This document shows positions 16,820 to 26,862 of a stretch of 64,000 nucleotides of DNA, piece after piece; the stretch's first letter is position 1, and each line of letters begins with the position of its first letter. The stretch spans positions 2,240,001 through 2,304,000 of the forward strand of contig JAKFCY010000002.1 in the NCBI GenBank assembly GCA_036676395.1, written 5' to 3'. The position numbers and the translations under genes were made by a program. The stretch is from Bdellovibrio sp. (GTDB lineage Bacteria > Bdellovibrionota > Bdellovibrionia > Bdellovibrionales > Bdellovibrionaceae). A model generated the notes under the pieces. It saw nothing but the letters and a program-made list of their open reading frames with translations. It searched no databases and was not told the origin of the DNA.

Positions 16820-18144
16820 AATATCAATCACAAAAAATCGCTTACTGGTTTTTTGCCGTCTGTATGCTGTTGTTTAGTTTACAGTTAGTTTACGGTTTTA
16901 TTATGGGTTTTGCACATATGGGTATGGATGGCCTACACAGCATCATACCTTTCAACGTGGCCAGAGCAGTGCACACGAATTTATTAGTCATGTGGTTATT
17001 ATCGGGATTTATGGGTGCTGCGTACTACATTATACCTGAAGAAGTCGAACTCGACATTCTCTCGGTTAAATGGGCTTACGTACAACTGATTGCTTTTGTG
17101 GTAGTTGGCGTTACAGCTATTATCGGCTTTCACTTTCAATGGTGGGAAGGTCGAAAATTTTTAGAAATACCTCGTCCACTTGATTATTTAGTTGTCGTCG
17201 ATGTGTTACTTTTTGTCGGTCTAATTGGCGGCACGATCTGGCGTGGAAAAAAACAGACCACAACAAGTCTTGTGTTGTTCTTTGGATTACTTACTGCTGC
17301 GCTATTATATCTTCCGGGACTTATCGAAACAGACAATCAAACTCATGATTCTTACTGGCGCTGGTGGGTTGTGCATCTTTGGGTCGAAGGCGTTTGGGAA
17401 CTTATCATGGGAGCCATTCTATCGTTCTTGTTGATTAAAATCACAGGCGTAGACAGAGAAGTTATCGAAAAATGGCTGTACATCATAGTGGGCTTTACTT
17501 TTCTAAGTGGTATTTTAGGTACAGGCCATCACTACTACTATATCGGAACACCTCGTTATTGGCTGATGATTGGTGGAATATTTGGTGCGCTTGAACCGTT
17601 AGCCTTTTTGGGTATGGCCATCTACGCCATAGCCATGGCACGCAAAGGTAAAAAAGTGGTCGATAATAAAGCGGCTTTGATGTGGACGCTTGGCACAGCT
17701 ATTATGTCATTTGTTGGAGCTGGTTTTCTCGGTTTCGCTCACACCCTACCGCAAGTGAATATGTACACACACGGTACTTTAGTGACCGCAATGCATGGGC
17801 ACCTGGCTTTCTGGGGCGCTTACGCCTGTTTAATCTTGGGTATCATTACATATACAATGCCTTATCTGACTGGACGAAAATTACAAGACACGAAAACAAA
17901 TCATTTCGCTTTCTGGACATCGAATATCGGCATGACAGCCATGACAGTCGCCTTTGGTGTAGCTGGTGTAGCCCAGGTATATCTCGAACGCAAAGTAGGA
18001 TTAGACTTTTTGATGGTGCAAAAAGAAATCGAAATTCACTTTTTAGGTTTAGTGCTTGCAGCGACGTTATTTACAGCTGGAATAATCGCTTTCATCTGGA
18101 ATTTCATTAGATTTGGTAAACCAGTTGGCGAAGTAGAAGGTTAA
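16816..18144 (+). CDS. norB: Nitric oxide reductase large subunit (cNOR)
   Basis: HTNL, WWVVHLWVEGVWE, GTGHHYY, ALEP, HGHLAFWGAY. Confidence 0.96.
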   Translation: MKYQSQKIAYWFFAVCMLLFSLQLVYGFIMGFAHMGMDGLHSIIPFNVARAVHTNLLVMWLLSGFMGAAYYIIPEEVELDILSVKWAYVQLIAFVVVGVTAIIGFHFQWWEGRKFLEIPRPLDYLVVVDVLLFVGLIGGTIWRGKKQTTTSLVLFFGLLTAALLYLPGLIETDNQTHDSYWRWWVVHLWVEGVWELIMGAILSFLLIKITGVDREVIEKWLYIIVGFTFLSGILGTGHHYYYIGTPRYWLMIGGIFGALEPLAFLGMAIYAIAMARKGKKVVDNKAALMWTLGTAIMSFVGAGFLGFAHTLPQVNMYTHGTLVTAMHGHLAFWGAYACLILGIITYTMPYLTGRKLQDTKTNHFAFWTSNIGMTAMTVAFGVAGVAQVYLERKVGLDFLMVQKEIEIHFLGLVLAATLFTAGIIAFIWNFIRFGKPVGEVEG

Positions 18145-18149
18145 TACAA

Positions 18150-18923
18150 ATGAATTTTGATCTATTTATTTCAACTAAAAATGAAGAAAGTATTTTTACT
18201 TCATGTTTTGCAACACAGTTGCCCTTACTGATCAAAGGGCCAACCGGTTGCGGAAAATCTCAGTTAGTTGAATATATGGCGAGAAAACTCAATCGCCCAT
18301 TAATTAAAGTCTCTTGTAATGAAGATACCAATGCGGCAGACTTGCTTGGTCGTTTTTTATTAAAATCAGGAGAAACTGTGTGGCAGGATGGCCCTGTCAC
18401 ACAGGCATTGCGTACCAACAGCATTCTATATCTTGATGAAATCGCTGAAGCTCGTGAAGATGTCATCGTTGCCCTACATCCGTTAACCGATCATCGCCGT
18501 GAAGTTCATATCGATAAAATCAATGAAACTCTTCAGGCCAAAAAAGATTTTATGGTTGTCGCAAGTTACAATCCTGGCTATCAAAAAGGTCTTAAAGAAC
18601 TTAAGCCTTCAACAAAACAACGATTTGTCTGCCTTTCAATGAATTACTTAAATAAAGAAGATGAATCTCGACTAATTAGCGAATTAACTCAGATCAGTAA
18701 AAAAATATGTGATCAGCTTGCAGATCTTGGGCACAAAATAAGAACCAAAGAAGGGCTGATGCTTAAAGAAACTGTATCTTCGCGTTTACTGATTAATGCT
18801 GCCACACTTATAAAACAAGGTTTAAATACACGTCTGGCCTGCCATATTGCGATTGCTGAAGTTCTTTCAGATGACCGTGATATCGTTCACGCGCTAAAAG
18901 ATTATATCAATTTATTAATTTAA
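18150..18923 (+). CDS. norQ: NorQ/NirQ MoxR-type AAA+ ATPase
   Basis: GPTGCGKS, YLDEI, SYNPGYQ, LKPSTKQRF. Confidence 0.92.
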   Translation: MNFDLFISTKNEESIFTSCFATQLPLLIKGPTGCGKSQLVEYMARKLNRPLIKVSCNEDTNAADLLGRFLLKSGETVWQDGPVTQALRTNSILYLDEIAEAREDVIVALHPLTDHRREVHIDKINETLQAKKDFMVVASYNPGYQKGLKELKPSTKQRFVCLSMNYLNKEDESRLISELTQISKKICDQLADLGHKIRTKEGLMLKETVSSRLLINAATLIKQGLNTRLACHIAIAEVLSDDRDIVHALKDYINLLI

Positions 18924-18926
18924 CTG

Positions 18927-20744
18927 ATGGAAAAGCTATTTGGTTACTTTTATAAAAACCGGCTTGTCAGATCTTCAAAAAAAGATGGATACATTGATTT
19001 ATCTGAATCCATAGTCCAATTAACAACTTTTGCCAATCTTGTCTCGTTTTCTGAAACTCCTGTTGAAGTTGGCTTAAGTCTTTGGGCATGTGGTTTTGTA
19101 GATAACGAACTTCTTTTACCTCTGCAATTACGTTGGACTGAAGACAAAGAATTGAATTTTGATTTACTCAAACTGTTAATTCTTAAATCAACTGCGATCA
19201 AAGAATTAGACATTGCGTTTTCTTTTAAAGATAAATCAAGAAACTTTCCTCGCGTACAAATGCTGGCGTATATGCCCATAATTAACACATGGCTAGATAC
19301 ACATTTTTCGAATTATTCAAGCCTTGAAAATGATACCTTTAAGAAATACTTTAGTGAAATTAAGAAGAAGCATTTAAAAACTAACAAAATTCTGGACTAC
19401 TGGAAAAATCAAATCACCTGTCGAAGTAGCGATCAGTTAATGCCCTTAATGCAAGATAAAACTAATGACGAAGCCTTGGATTATTTGTTGGCGACCGTTC
19501 CGCTTCCCTTACGCTTTACCAAATTGAATCGATCAGGTGAAACTGAACAAACTTCTTCTTCATCGTCATCATCTAAATCAAAAACGCGAAACAGAAAAGA
19601 ATACGTATTAAATTCTGACGAAGAAAAAAAATCTGAAGTTAATCCGGTTACTCACAGCTTTGAAAAAATGGAAACATTAGATGACTACTCGGGCGGTCGA
19701 CGAATGACTTCAGGAGACGACGATCTGGATGATCACAGCAATGCTTTAGACGAAGTCGAAATGAATCAATTTACCAATCAAGGTAAAGCCAGTAGTGTAT
19801 TTCGACAAGACATGCAACTCGCTAAAAACACAGAAGCCGATATTTCTTCTGCGGTTTTAGATACCCAGGCAAAATATTATGCCGAGTGGAACTACCGAAA
19901 TAATTCATACACCAAAGATCATTGTCAGGTTTTTGAAGTTGCTATTACCCCCCAAGACAATTCACTACTACGCAACGAAATCATTACTCAATACGCCAAA
20001 GAAATTTCTTATTTTAAAAATTATTATTCTGCAATGTGGAATAAACCTTTATGGCAATCTCGAAAAGTTGAGGGGCCAGAATTAGATTTAGACAGCCTCA
20101 TTCGTTTGGCCCCAGAATTCAGAACAGTTTCAGGTAGCCCACGCATTTATCAACGAAAAATAAATCAAGATTTTGAGATGCATATTTCAATTGTCGTTGA
20201 TATTTCATATTCAACCGATACCTGGATAAATGGACAAAAAATTATTCACATTATCAGAAACTCTCTTGTTGTCTTCGGCGAAGCCATCCATGCACTGGCT
20301 CCACAGCTAAGTTTAAATTTATCATTTAGTCAAACTCGCAAAAACATTTCATATTTACCGTTGTTAGACTTCGCCACAAGTTGGCAATTAATTTACCCAA
20401 AACTTCATGAGTTTTCGCCACGGCAATACACCCGATTAGGCCCATCAATTCGCCATGCAACTCAAAAACTGCATCGACAACAAAGTAAAAATCCCCTCCT
20501 GATTGTTGTAACTGACGGCAAGCCCACTGATTTAGATCCTTATGAGGGAAAATACGGTCAAGAGGATGTAAAAAAATCAATAGATGAAGCAATTGCACTA
20601 GGACTTTCACCTCTTGTCGTAGGCATAACCGATCTGGCCCCGGACATTTTAGCAAAAATCACACAAAACTGTGTAAACGTGCAACAACCATACGATTTTT
20701 GTCTCGAAGTGGGAAAATTTATCCATAAATCGACCTTAAAATAA
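18927..20744 (+). CDS. norD: NorD VWA-domain activation protein
   Basis: Y.EWNY, DISYST MIDAS, YTRLG.SIRHA, TDGKPTD.D.YEG.YG..D. Confidence 0.88.
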   Translation: MEKLFGYFYKNRLVRSSKKDGYIDLSESIVQLTTFANLVSFSETPVEVGLSLWACGFVDNELLLPLQLRWTEDKELNFDLLKLLILKSTAIKELDIAFSFKDKSRNFPRVQMLAYMPIINTWLDTHFSNYSSLENDTFKKYFSEIKKKHLKTNKILDYWKNQITCRSSDQLMPLMQDKTNDEALDYLLATVPLPLRFTKLNRSGETEQTSSSSSSSKSKTRNRKEYVLNSDEEKKSEVNPVTHSFEKMETLDDYSGGRRMTSGDDDLDDHSNALDEVEMNQFTNQGKASSVFRQDMQLAKNTEADISSAVLDTQAKYYAEWNYRNNSYTKDHCQVFEVAITPQDNSLLRNEIITQYAKEISYFKNYYSAMWNKPLWQSRKVEGPELDLDSLIRLAPEFRTVSGSPRIYQRKINQDFEMHISIVVDISYSTDTWINGQKIIHIIRNSLVVFGEAIHALAPQLSLNLSFSQTRKNISYLPLLDFATSWQLIYPKLHEFSPRQYTRLGPSIRHATQKLHRQQSKNPLLIVVTDGKPTDLDPYEGKYGQEDVKKSIDEAIALGLSPLVVGITDLAPDILAKITQNCVNVQQPYDFCLEVGKFIHKSTLK

Positions 20745-20754
20745 TTCGTCTAGC

Positions 20755-20768
20755 ATGATCTAAATCAT
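20755..20768. promoter_or_regulatory. Crp/Fnr-family box for nirK operon
   Basis: ATGATCTAAATCAT; -10-like TAACCT at 20792-20797. Confidence 0.85.
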
Positions 20769-20821
20769 GTTTTAATTCTTCATAACTCGTATAACCTATA
20801 GTCATCTCGAAGGGAGAGATT

Positions 20822-22243
20822 ATGATAAAGTTAAAGTTCAAAATAATAATACTGCTTATGCTTGCTGGTAATATGGCATTAGCTAGTAGCAAGGATAGCG
20901 AAGTTGCAGTATTGACAGCTCCACCGCACGTACCACCACAAATTACACGTAGTAAATCAGTAAAACTCGTGGTGCATCTTGAAGTGATCGAAAAGAAGAT
21001 GAAAATTTCAGACGGGGTTGATTACACATTTTGGACTTTCGGTGGCACTGTACCCGGCAGCTTTATCCGAATTCGTGAAGGTGATGACGTTGAGTTTCAC
21101 TTAAAAAATCACCCCAGCTCTAAAATGCCACATAATATCGACTTACACGCCGTAACTGGGCAAGGTGGCGGTGCTGCGGCTTCGTTTACTTCACCAGGGC
21201 ATGAAAGCGTTTTCTCATTTAAAGCCATAAATCCGGGCCTATATGTGTATCACTGCGCAACTGCACCGGTTGGTATGCATATCGCTAACGGTATGTATGG
21301 TTTAATTTTAGTCGAACCAAAAAAAGGAATGCCTAAAGTTGATCGCGAATACTATGTCATGCAAGGTGACTTCTACACTAAAGGAAAATTTGGCGTTCAA
21401 GGCTATCAACCCTTTGATATGGCTAAAGCTGTTGATGAAAAGCCGACATATGTCGTATTTAATGGATCAACAAGCTCACTATCTGGTGATAACGCGATCA
21501 AAGCTAACGTGGGTGAAACTGTACGTCTATTTGTTGGTAACGGTGGCCCTAACTTAGTTTCTTCTTTTCACATCATCGGCGAAATATTTGATAAGGTCTA
21601 TAAAGAAGGCGCATCAGAGTATAATACTAATATTCAAACGACTCTAGTTCCTGCCGGTGGTTCAGCTATTGTTGAGTTTAAGGTTGAAGTGCCTAGTAAT
21701 CTTGTTCTGGTAGATCACTCAATTTTCAGAGCTTTCAATAAAGGTGCCTTAGGAATCATGAAAGTTGAAGGAGCTGAAAATAAAGAAATTTTCACAGGAA
21801 AAACTGCAGACAATATCTATCTACCTGAAGGTGGAGCAATTCAAAAAATTGCTGACAAAGAAAAAATTGCAACGGCAGCCAATATTGAAGATCAAATTAA
21901 ACTTGGTAAAACAGTGTATGCAAACAACTGTGCAGCCTGCCACCAACCTGATGGTAAAGGCATCACAGGTGCGTTTCCTCCTCTGGCGAACTCTGATTAC
22001 TTCAATGCTGATCACAAAAGAGCAATTAGCGTAGTTAAAAATGGTCTTACTGGAAAAATCACAGTTAATCGTCAACAATTTAATGCTGTTATGCCATCTT
22101 TAGGTTTATCAGATGCTGATATCGCAAATGTTCTAACTTATGTATCAAACAACTGGGGTAATAAAAAACGCAAATACACTAAAGAAGAAGCTGCAGCTGT
22201 TCCTAAAACTAACGGGCAACAAACTGGCGAAGGAGAACACTAG
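20822..22243 (+). CDS. nirK: Copper nitrite reductase with fused C-terminal cytochrome c
   Basis: [39 protein letters not shown]-terminal CAACH...MP. Confidence 0.96.
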   Translation: MIKLKFKIIILLMLAGNMALASSKDSEVAVLTAPPHVPPQITRSKSVKLVVHLEVIEKKMKISDGVDYTFWTFGGTVPGSFIRIREGDDVEFHLKNHPSSKMPHNIDLHAVTGQGGGAAASFTSPGHESVFSFKAINPGLYVYHCATAPVGMHIANGMYGLILVEPKKGMPKVDREYYVMQGDFYTKGKFGVQGYQPFDMAKAVDEKPTYVVFNGSTSSLSGDNAIKANVGETVRLFVGNGGPNLVSSFHIIGEIFDKVYKEGASEYNTNIQTTLVPAGGSAIVEFKVEVPSNLVLVDHSIFRAFNKGALGIMKVEGAENKEIFTGKTADNIYLPEGGAIQKIADKEKIATAANIEDQIKLGKTVYANNCAACHQPDGKGITGAFPPLANSDYFNADHKRAISVVKNGLTGKITVNRQQFNAVMPSLGLSDADIANVLTYVSNNWGNKKRKYTKEEAAAVPKTNGQQTGEGEH

Positions 22244-22245
22244 TC

Positions 22246-23019
22246 ATGAAACAACTATGGCGCTTACTTTTTATATTTAATTTAGCTTTGGTAACACAGG
22301 CTAGCGCCATAGAATTAATCGCGGTACCAGCTGGCCAACTTGAAGCCATCTGGTTATCGCCGATGTCTGTTAAAACAAAAAACGAAACAAAAACTACACG
22401 TACGTTCATTCGTGTTAATAAATTTCAACTCATGCCAAAGGCTGTGACTGTTAAACAATATCAAGATTTTCTGAACAAAAACACTCAATGGCAGAAAATT
22501 ACAGCAAGTTCGCTTTTTACTGATGGCAATTATTTAAATAATCTTGAAAAATCACCAGACTCATCACCAGTTACAAATGTCAGCTGGTTTTCGGCACGTG
22601 CATTTTGCAAGTCACATGGTTTAAGACTACCCACTCTTAGCGAATGGGAATATGCCGCGGCCGCATCAGAAAACAAAAAAGATGCTAATAAAGATGAAAA
22701 ATTCTTAAGTCGTATCTTGGCTTGGTACGGAGAACCACAAACTGAGCAAATTAAATCGGTCGGTTCTGTTTATAAAAATCTTTATGGTGTATATGATATG
22801 CACGGCCTTGTCTGGGAATGGGTTGAAGATTTCAACACAACATTTGTCACCGGCGAAAGTCGTGAAGACAGTTCATTTAATAAAGATATGTTTTGTGGTG
22901 CTGGCGCATTAGCATCCAACGACAAAGAAAACTATGCTGCATTTATGCGTTTTGCTTTTAGATCTAGTTTAAAAGGAAAAAACTCAATCTGGAATTTAGG
23001 ATTTCGCTGCGCACTTTAG
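22246..23019 (+). CDS. Formylglycine-generating-enzyme domain protein (NirV-like nirK accessory)
   Basis: PVTNVSWFSA..FC...RLPT..EWEYAA, DMHGLVWEW, LGFRC. Confidence 0.85.
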   Translation: MKQLWRLLFIFNLALVTQASAIELIAVPAGQLEAIWLSPMSVKTKNETKTTRTFIRVNKFQLMPKAVTVKQYQDFLNKNTQWQKITASSLFTDGNYLNNLEKSPDSSPVTNVSWFSARAFCKSHGLRLPTLSEWEYAAAASENKKDANKDEKFLSRILAWYGEPQTEQIKSVGSVYKNLYGVYDMHGLVWEWVEDFNTTFVTGESREDSSFNKDMFCGAGALASNDKENYAAFMRFAFRSSLKGKNSIWNLGFRCAL

Positions 23020-23031
23020 AAGGAGCCCATT

Positions 23032-23592
23032 ATGAAACAAAAACTAAAACTTTTTTTAGCAATTTTTACTTTCACACAAATTAGTCTAGCTGCAAGCTTG
23101 GCAGATATTGAATCTTTCTGGTTAACGACAGAAAATAAAAAAGTTACGATTGCATCTACCGTCGGATCAACTTATTCACTTATTGCTATGGTCTATACAG
23201 GCTGCGCCCATGCATGCCCTTTGACGATTGCCAAAATGCAAAAAATACTTAAAGACTTTAAAGCCAAAAATGTAACTGACGTGCAGGTTATTCTTTCGTC
23301 GTTCGATGTGAAAGGAGATCGACCTGATAAACTAAAAAAATATCAGGCTGATAAAAAACTTGATGTCAAAAAATGGCATTTTTTGGCAGCAGAATCCGAA
23401 GCAGACGCACGTGAGTTAGCCGTTACGTTAGGAATTAGTTATAAAGATCTTGGCGATGGCGATTTTTCGCACAGCAATCTCATTACACTATTAGGACCAG
23501 GTGGCGAAGTTTTATCTTCAATCGATAACTTAAATGCTGATTCAGATAAATTAGTCGAGGCTCTACAAGCTCACAGAAAACTAAAAAAATAG
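23032..23592 (+). CDS. SCO/SenC copper chaperone
   Basis: YTGCAHACP, distal HS; signal peptide. Confidence 0.88.
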   Translation: MKQKLKLFLAIFTFTQISLAASLADIESFWLTTENKKVTIASTVGSTYSLIAMVYTGCAHACPLTIAKMQKILKDFKAKNVTDVQVILSSFDVKGDRPDKLKKYQADKKLDVKKWHFLAAESEADARELAVTLGISYKDLGDGDFSHSNLITLLGPGGEVLSSIDNLNADSDKLVEALQAHRKLKK

Positions 23593-23598
23593 GTACTT

Positions 23599-24726
23599 AT
23601 GAATTCAGAACAAAGTAACAAGTCAGACTCTTTTGATGTAGAACCTTACAGAATTCTTTTTCCAATCGGAATTCTATGCTCATTCGTCGGCATTTTACTT
23701 TGGATCTTTGTTCAATTTCGCATGATTAGCTTTTATCCTAATTTTGCACACGGAAATCTAATGTACTTTGGCTTTATGTGGGCTTTTATTGCTGGTTTTT
23801 TAATGACCGCTATTCCAAAAATGACCTCAACATTTACGGCGACAATTGCTGAAGTTTCTATTGCGATATTACTTTGTATGTTGCAGTTAACTCTCAACCT
23901 TCGTAACGAAATACTGCCATCGTCTTATTTAGTTATTTTTCAGCAGCTTTTTCTTATCTATTTTATCACACGGCGTTTTACTAAAGCTAAAAAAATGCCC
24001 TTCGCCAGTATTCTATTTATCCCGGCGGCACTCCTGATATCGCTTGCGGGCTCTTTGATTTATAGTTTTAACGCTGATCGATCTATCTTACTTTTGTTAA
24101 GTGGAGAAGCCTTCATACTGAATCTTATTCTTGGGCTTGGAAGCCGGCTCATCCCTGTGATCTCACGTTTACCAAATGCTTTAATGCCAAATCAGGCTTC
24201 TCAAGATTCACCGCAGTTTTTTAATACACTTGTTTTGATTGTCATGTTTAATTTAACATTCATCACCCAGCTTTTAGGTTTTGAAAATTTCAGCCTTATT
24301 TCGCGTACCTTAATCATCACATACGTACTCTTTAAAAACTTCAGTATTCTCACCAAACCCGTCAAATGGACAGCCGTGGGTGTTGGTTTGAAAATCTCAA
24401 CGGCGCTACTGCCGCTTGGTACACTTCTTTCAGCTCCGTATTTTGGCAGCCCCTTAGCTGGTCTTCATGTTTTGTATATTGGTGGTTTTGTTCTGGTTAC
24501 GTTACTTATTTCTACACGAGTAGTTTTAGCCCACGGTGGAGAATCACTCGATTATGAAGTTTCATCAAAACGAGTTATGACTTTCACTGCATGTCTTGTC
24601 AGTGCCAGCATACTCAGATACAGCGCAGGTTATCAAGTGACGTCATTATCCGTGCAAATCGCCATAGTGTTATTCATTGTTTCAATCGGTGCGTGGTCTG
24701 TTAAAATGCTAAACAGTGCGAAGTGA
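23599..24726 (+). CDS. nnrS: NnrS family membrane protein
   Basis: EPYRILFP, H..LM.FGF..AFIAGFLMTAIP, LH...IGG, TRVVLAHGG. Confidence 0.85.
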   Translation: MNSEQSNKSDSFDVEPYRILFPIGILCSFVGILLWIFVQFRMISFYPNFAHGNLMYFGFMWAFIAGFLMTAIPKMTSTFTATIAEVSIAILLCMLQLTLNLRNEILPSSYLVIFQQLFLIYFITRRFTKAKKMPFASILFIPAALLISLAGSLIYSFNADRSILLLLSGEAFILNLILGLGSRLIPVISRLPNALMPNQASQDSPQFFNTLVLIVMFNLTFITQLLGFENFSLISRTLIITYVLFKNFSILTKPVKWTAVGVGLKISTALLPLGTLLSAPYFGSPLAGLHVLYIGGFVLVTLLISTRVVLAHGGESLDYEVSSKRVMTFTACLVSASILRYSAGYQVTSLSVQIAIVLFIVSIGAWSVKMLNSAK

Positions 24727-24749
24727 GGTTACGCCTTTTTTCGCAGCCC

Positions 24750-25676
24750 TCAAGCTGAAACCTCGACTACTTTTACACATTGATCTGAGTTTACTAAAAT
24801 TTTCTTAATCATTTTACGCCAGTTGAGGGGAAATGGATCTGTAGGTTTATCATCAAAAGCAAAGGCTTCACCCGGAGCATAATAGACATCAATAATTTTT
24901 CCCGTAGATAAACGCCGAAATCGAAAGGCCCCGCTGGGAACTTGTTGATTTTCAAATTCAAGTAAATTTCTTCGGCGAAATTGTCCTGATAAACCACCAA
25001 AACCACTGGCTCCCCATGACCCAAAAATCATCGAAAAAACATTACAGATAGGTCCCGTTGCACCGGATTCAACTGAATTTACTGTTGCTATTTGCACATC
25101 ACCGCGAAGCACGACTTCATCTGAAAACAAATATCGGGTCGCCACTTTGGCTATCAGGAAAGCCCCAATCATCGATGGGCAGGCATGCCCTGAAAATCGA
25201 ACAACGTCTAATAATGTAATTGCAAAACTGGATTCAGACTCGGTCGCTTTTAAATATTCCGCGAATGGTTCGCGGATCAAAAGTTTATTCTCCAGTAAAT
25301 CTTGTTCAGTCATATAATCAGGCTTTAACAATTCAGTGACTTTTTCATAAACGTTTTCAGCTTCTTGCGGATCAAAATCTTGATGAATACGTTTTACAAC
25401 TCCCAAATCAGATAAAACAATATGATGATTCGGCTTAATACCGTGCCGAGCTAAAATGTTTTGCGTACATTTAAGCTGACATCCATCAAGAGCAATTATC
25501 GTTTCAGCAGTTTTAGCAACACGTACTAAGCTTGGAACGTCACCTCCAACGCCTGCGATACAACTCATTTCAGCGATCTTATCGCGATCCAGCTTTATCG
25601 CAATCTGATTCGCCATTTGCGCCGCCGTCGAACAGCCCGAACACGAATACACAATCGGTAATTTGTTTTTTCCCAT
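24750..25676 (-). CDS. DGC (putative Zn-binding) domain fused to FmdE-like domain
   Basis: N-terminal YSCSGCS...MSCIAGVGG...LDGC..KC; C-terminal GHACP..IGAF...RG...GFGGL.G.F.RRNLL. Confidence 0.65.
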   Translation of the reverse strand: MGKNKLPIVYSCSGCSTAAQMANQIAIKLDRDKIAEMSCIAGVGGDVPSLVRVAKTAETIIALDGCQLKCTQNILARHGIKPNHHIVLSDLGVVKRIHQDFDPQEAENVYEKVTELLKPDYMTEQDLLENKLLIREPFAEYLKATESESSFAITLLDVVRFSGHACPSMIGAFLIAKVATRYLFSDEVVLRGDVQIATVNSVESGATGPICNVFSMIFGSWGASGFGGLSGQFRRRNLLEFENQQVPSGAFRFRRLSTGKIIDVYYAPGEAFAFDDKPTDPFPLNWRKMIKKILVNSDQCVKVVEVSA

Positions 25677-25684
25677 ATGGGCTC

Positions 25685-26851
25685 CTATCTGTACGCCGGT
25701 ATACCGGTGATATATTCGCCAATAATCAATCTATGTATATCTTCAGTGCCTTCGTACGTATTCACGCTCTCTAAATTTAACAGATGACGGCCACACTGAT
25801 ATTCGTAAGTAATGCCGCTGGCTCCAAGAATGTCTCGAGTCACTCTGGCGCAATCCAGTGCCATTGATACGTTATTCATTTTAGCCATCGAAATTTGAAC
25901 AGGTAAGGCTTTACCTGCATCTTTCAAACGCCCAAGTTGCACTGCCAAAAGCTGCGCCTTGGTTATTTCTGTAATCATATTAGCAAGTTTTGCCTGTACT
26001 AATTGATAACCCGCAATAGGTTTGTCAAACTGAACTCTGGTCTTTGCGTAACTCAAGCCTTCGTCATAACAAGCCATAGCAGCGCCGATTGCACCCCATG
26101 AAATTCCAAAACGGGCATTATTCAAACAGGCAAATGGACCTTTTAAACCCTGAACTTCAAGAACTTGTGATGCTGGAACTCGCACATTATCAAAAATTAA
26201 TTCAGATGTGACCGAAGCTTTGAGTGAAAATTTTTTTTGAATATCACGAACTGAAAAACCGGGTGTTTCACGGTCGACGATAAAACCACGAATCTTTTTA
26301 TCATCATCCTTCGCCCAGACAATGGCCAGATCAGAAAACCCGCCGTTTGTGATCCACATTTTTGCACCATTAATAATATAATCATTACCATCTTTTGTCG
26401 CACGGGTGATCATGCCGCCAGGATTTGAACCGTAGTCAGGTTCGGTCAATCCAAAACAGCCTATCAGCTCCCCCTTCGCCATCTTCGGCAAATATTTTTT
26501 CTTTTGTTCTTCCGTGCCGAATGCATAAATTGGAAACATACACAGTGCACCTTGAACACTGACAAATGAACGTATACCTGAATCACCACGCTCAAGTTCT
26601 TGCATAATAACACCGTAAGAGGTGTAACTCAGCCCGGCGCAACCGTATCCTTTAATAGTTGCTCCCAGCGTTCCCATCTCGGCCAGTTGCGAAATAAGCT
26701 TCATCGGAAAGCGGCCCGCTTCGTAATCTTCAGCTATAGTTGGAAGTATCTCTTTTGAAACAAAGTGTCGCACTGATTTCTGAATATCTCTTTCTTCATC
26801 GCTAAGTAAATTTTCAATATTAAAAATATCGCCTGGATTAAAGTTTTTCAT
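25685..26851 (-). CDS. gcdH: Acyl-CoA dehydrogenase, glutaryl-CoA dehydrogenase-like
   Basis: ELERGDSG.RS..SVQ, GCFGLTEPDYGSNPGGM, NLESVNTYEGT.DIH. Confidence 0.8.
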   Translation of the reverse strand: MKNFNPGDIFNIENLLSDEERDIQKSVRHFVSKEILPTIAEDYEAGRFPMKLISQLAEMGTLGATIKGYGCAGLSYTSYGVIMQELERGDSGIRSFVSVQGALCMFPIYAFGTEEQKKKYLPKMAKGELIGCFGLTEPDYGSNPGGMITRATKDGNDYIINGAKMWITNGGFSDLAIVWAKDDDKKIRGFIVDRETPGFSVRDIQKKFSLKASVTSELIFDNVRVPASQVLEVQGLKGPFACLNNARFGISWGAIGAAMACYDEGLSYAKTRVQFDKPIAGYQLVQAKLANMITEITKAQLLAVQLGRLKDAGKALPVQISMAKMNNVSMALDCARVTRDILGASGITYEYQCGRHLLNLESVNTYEGTEDIHRLIIGEYITGIPAYR

Positions 26852-26862
26852 ATATTCCTTTG

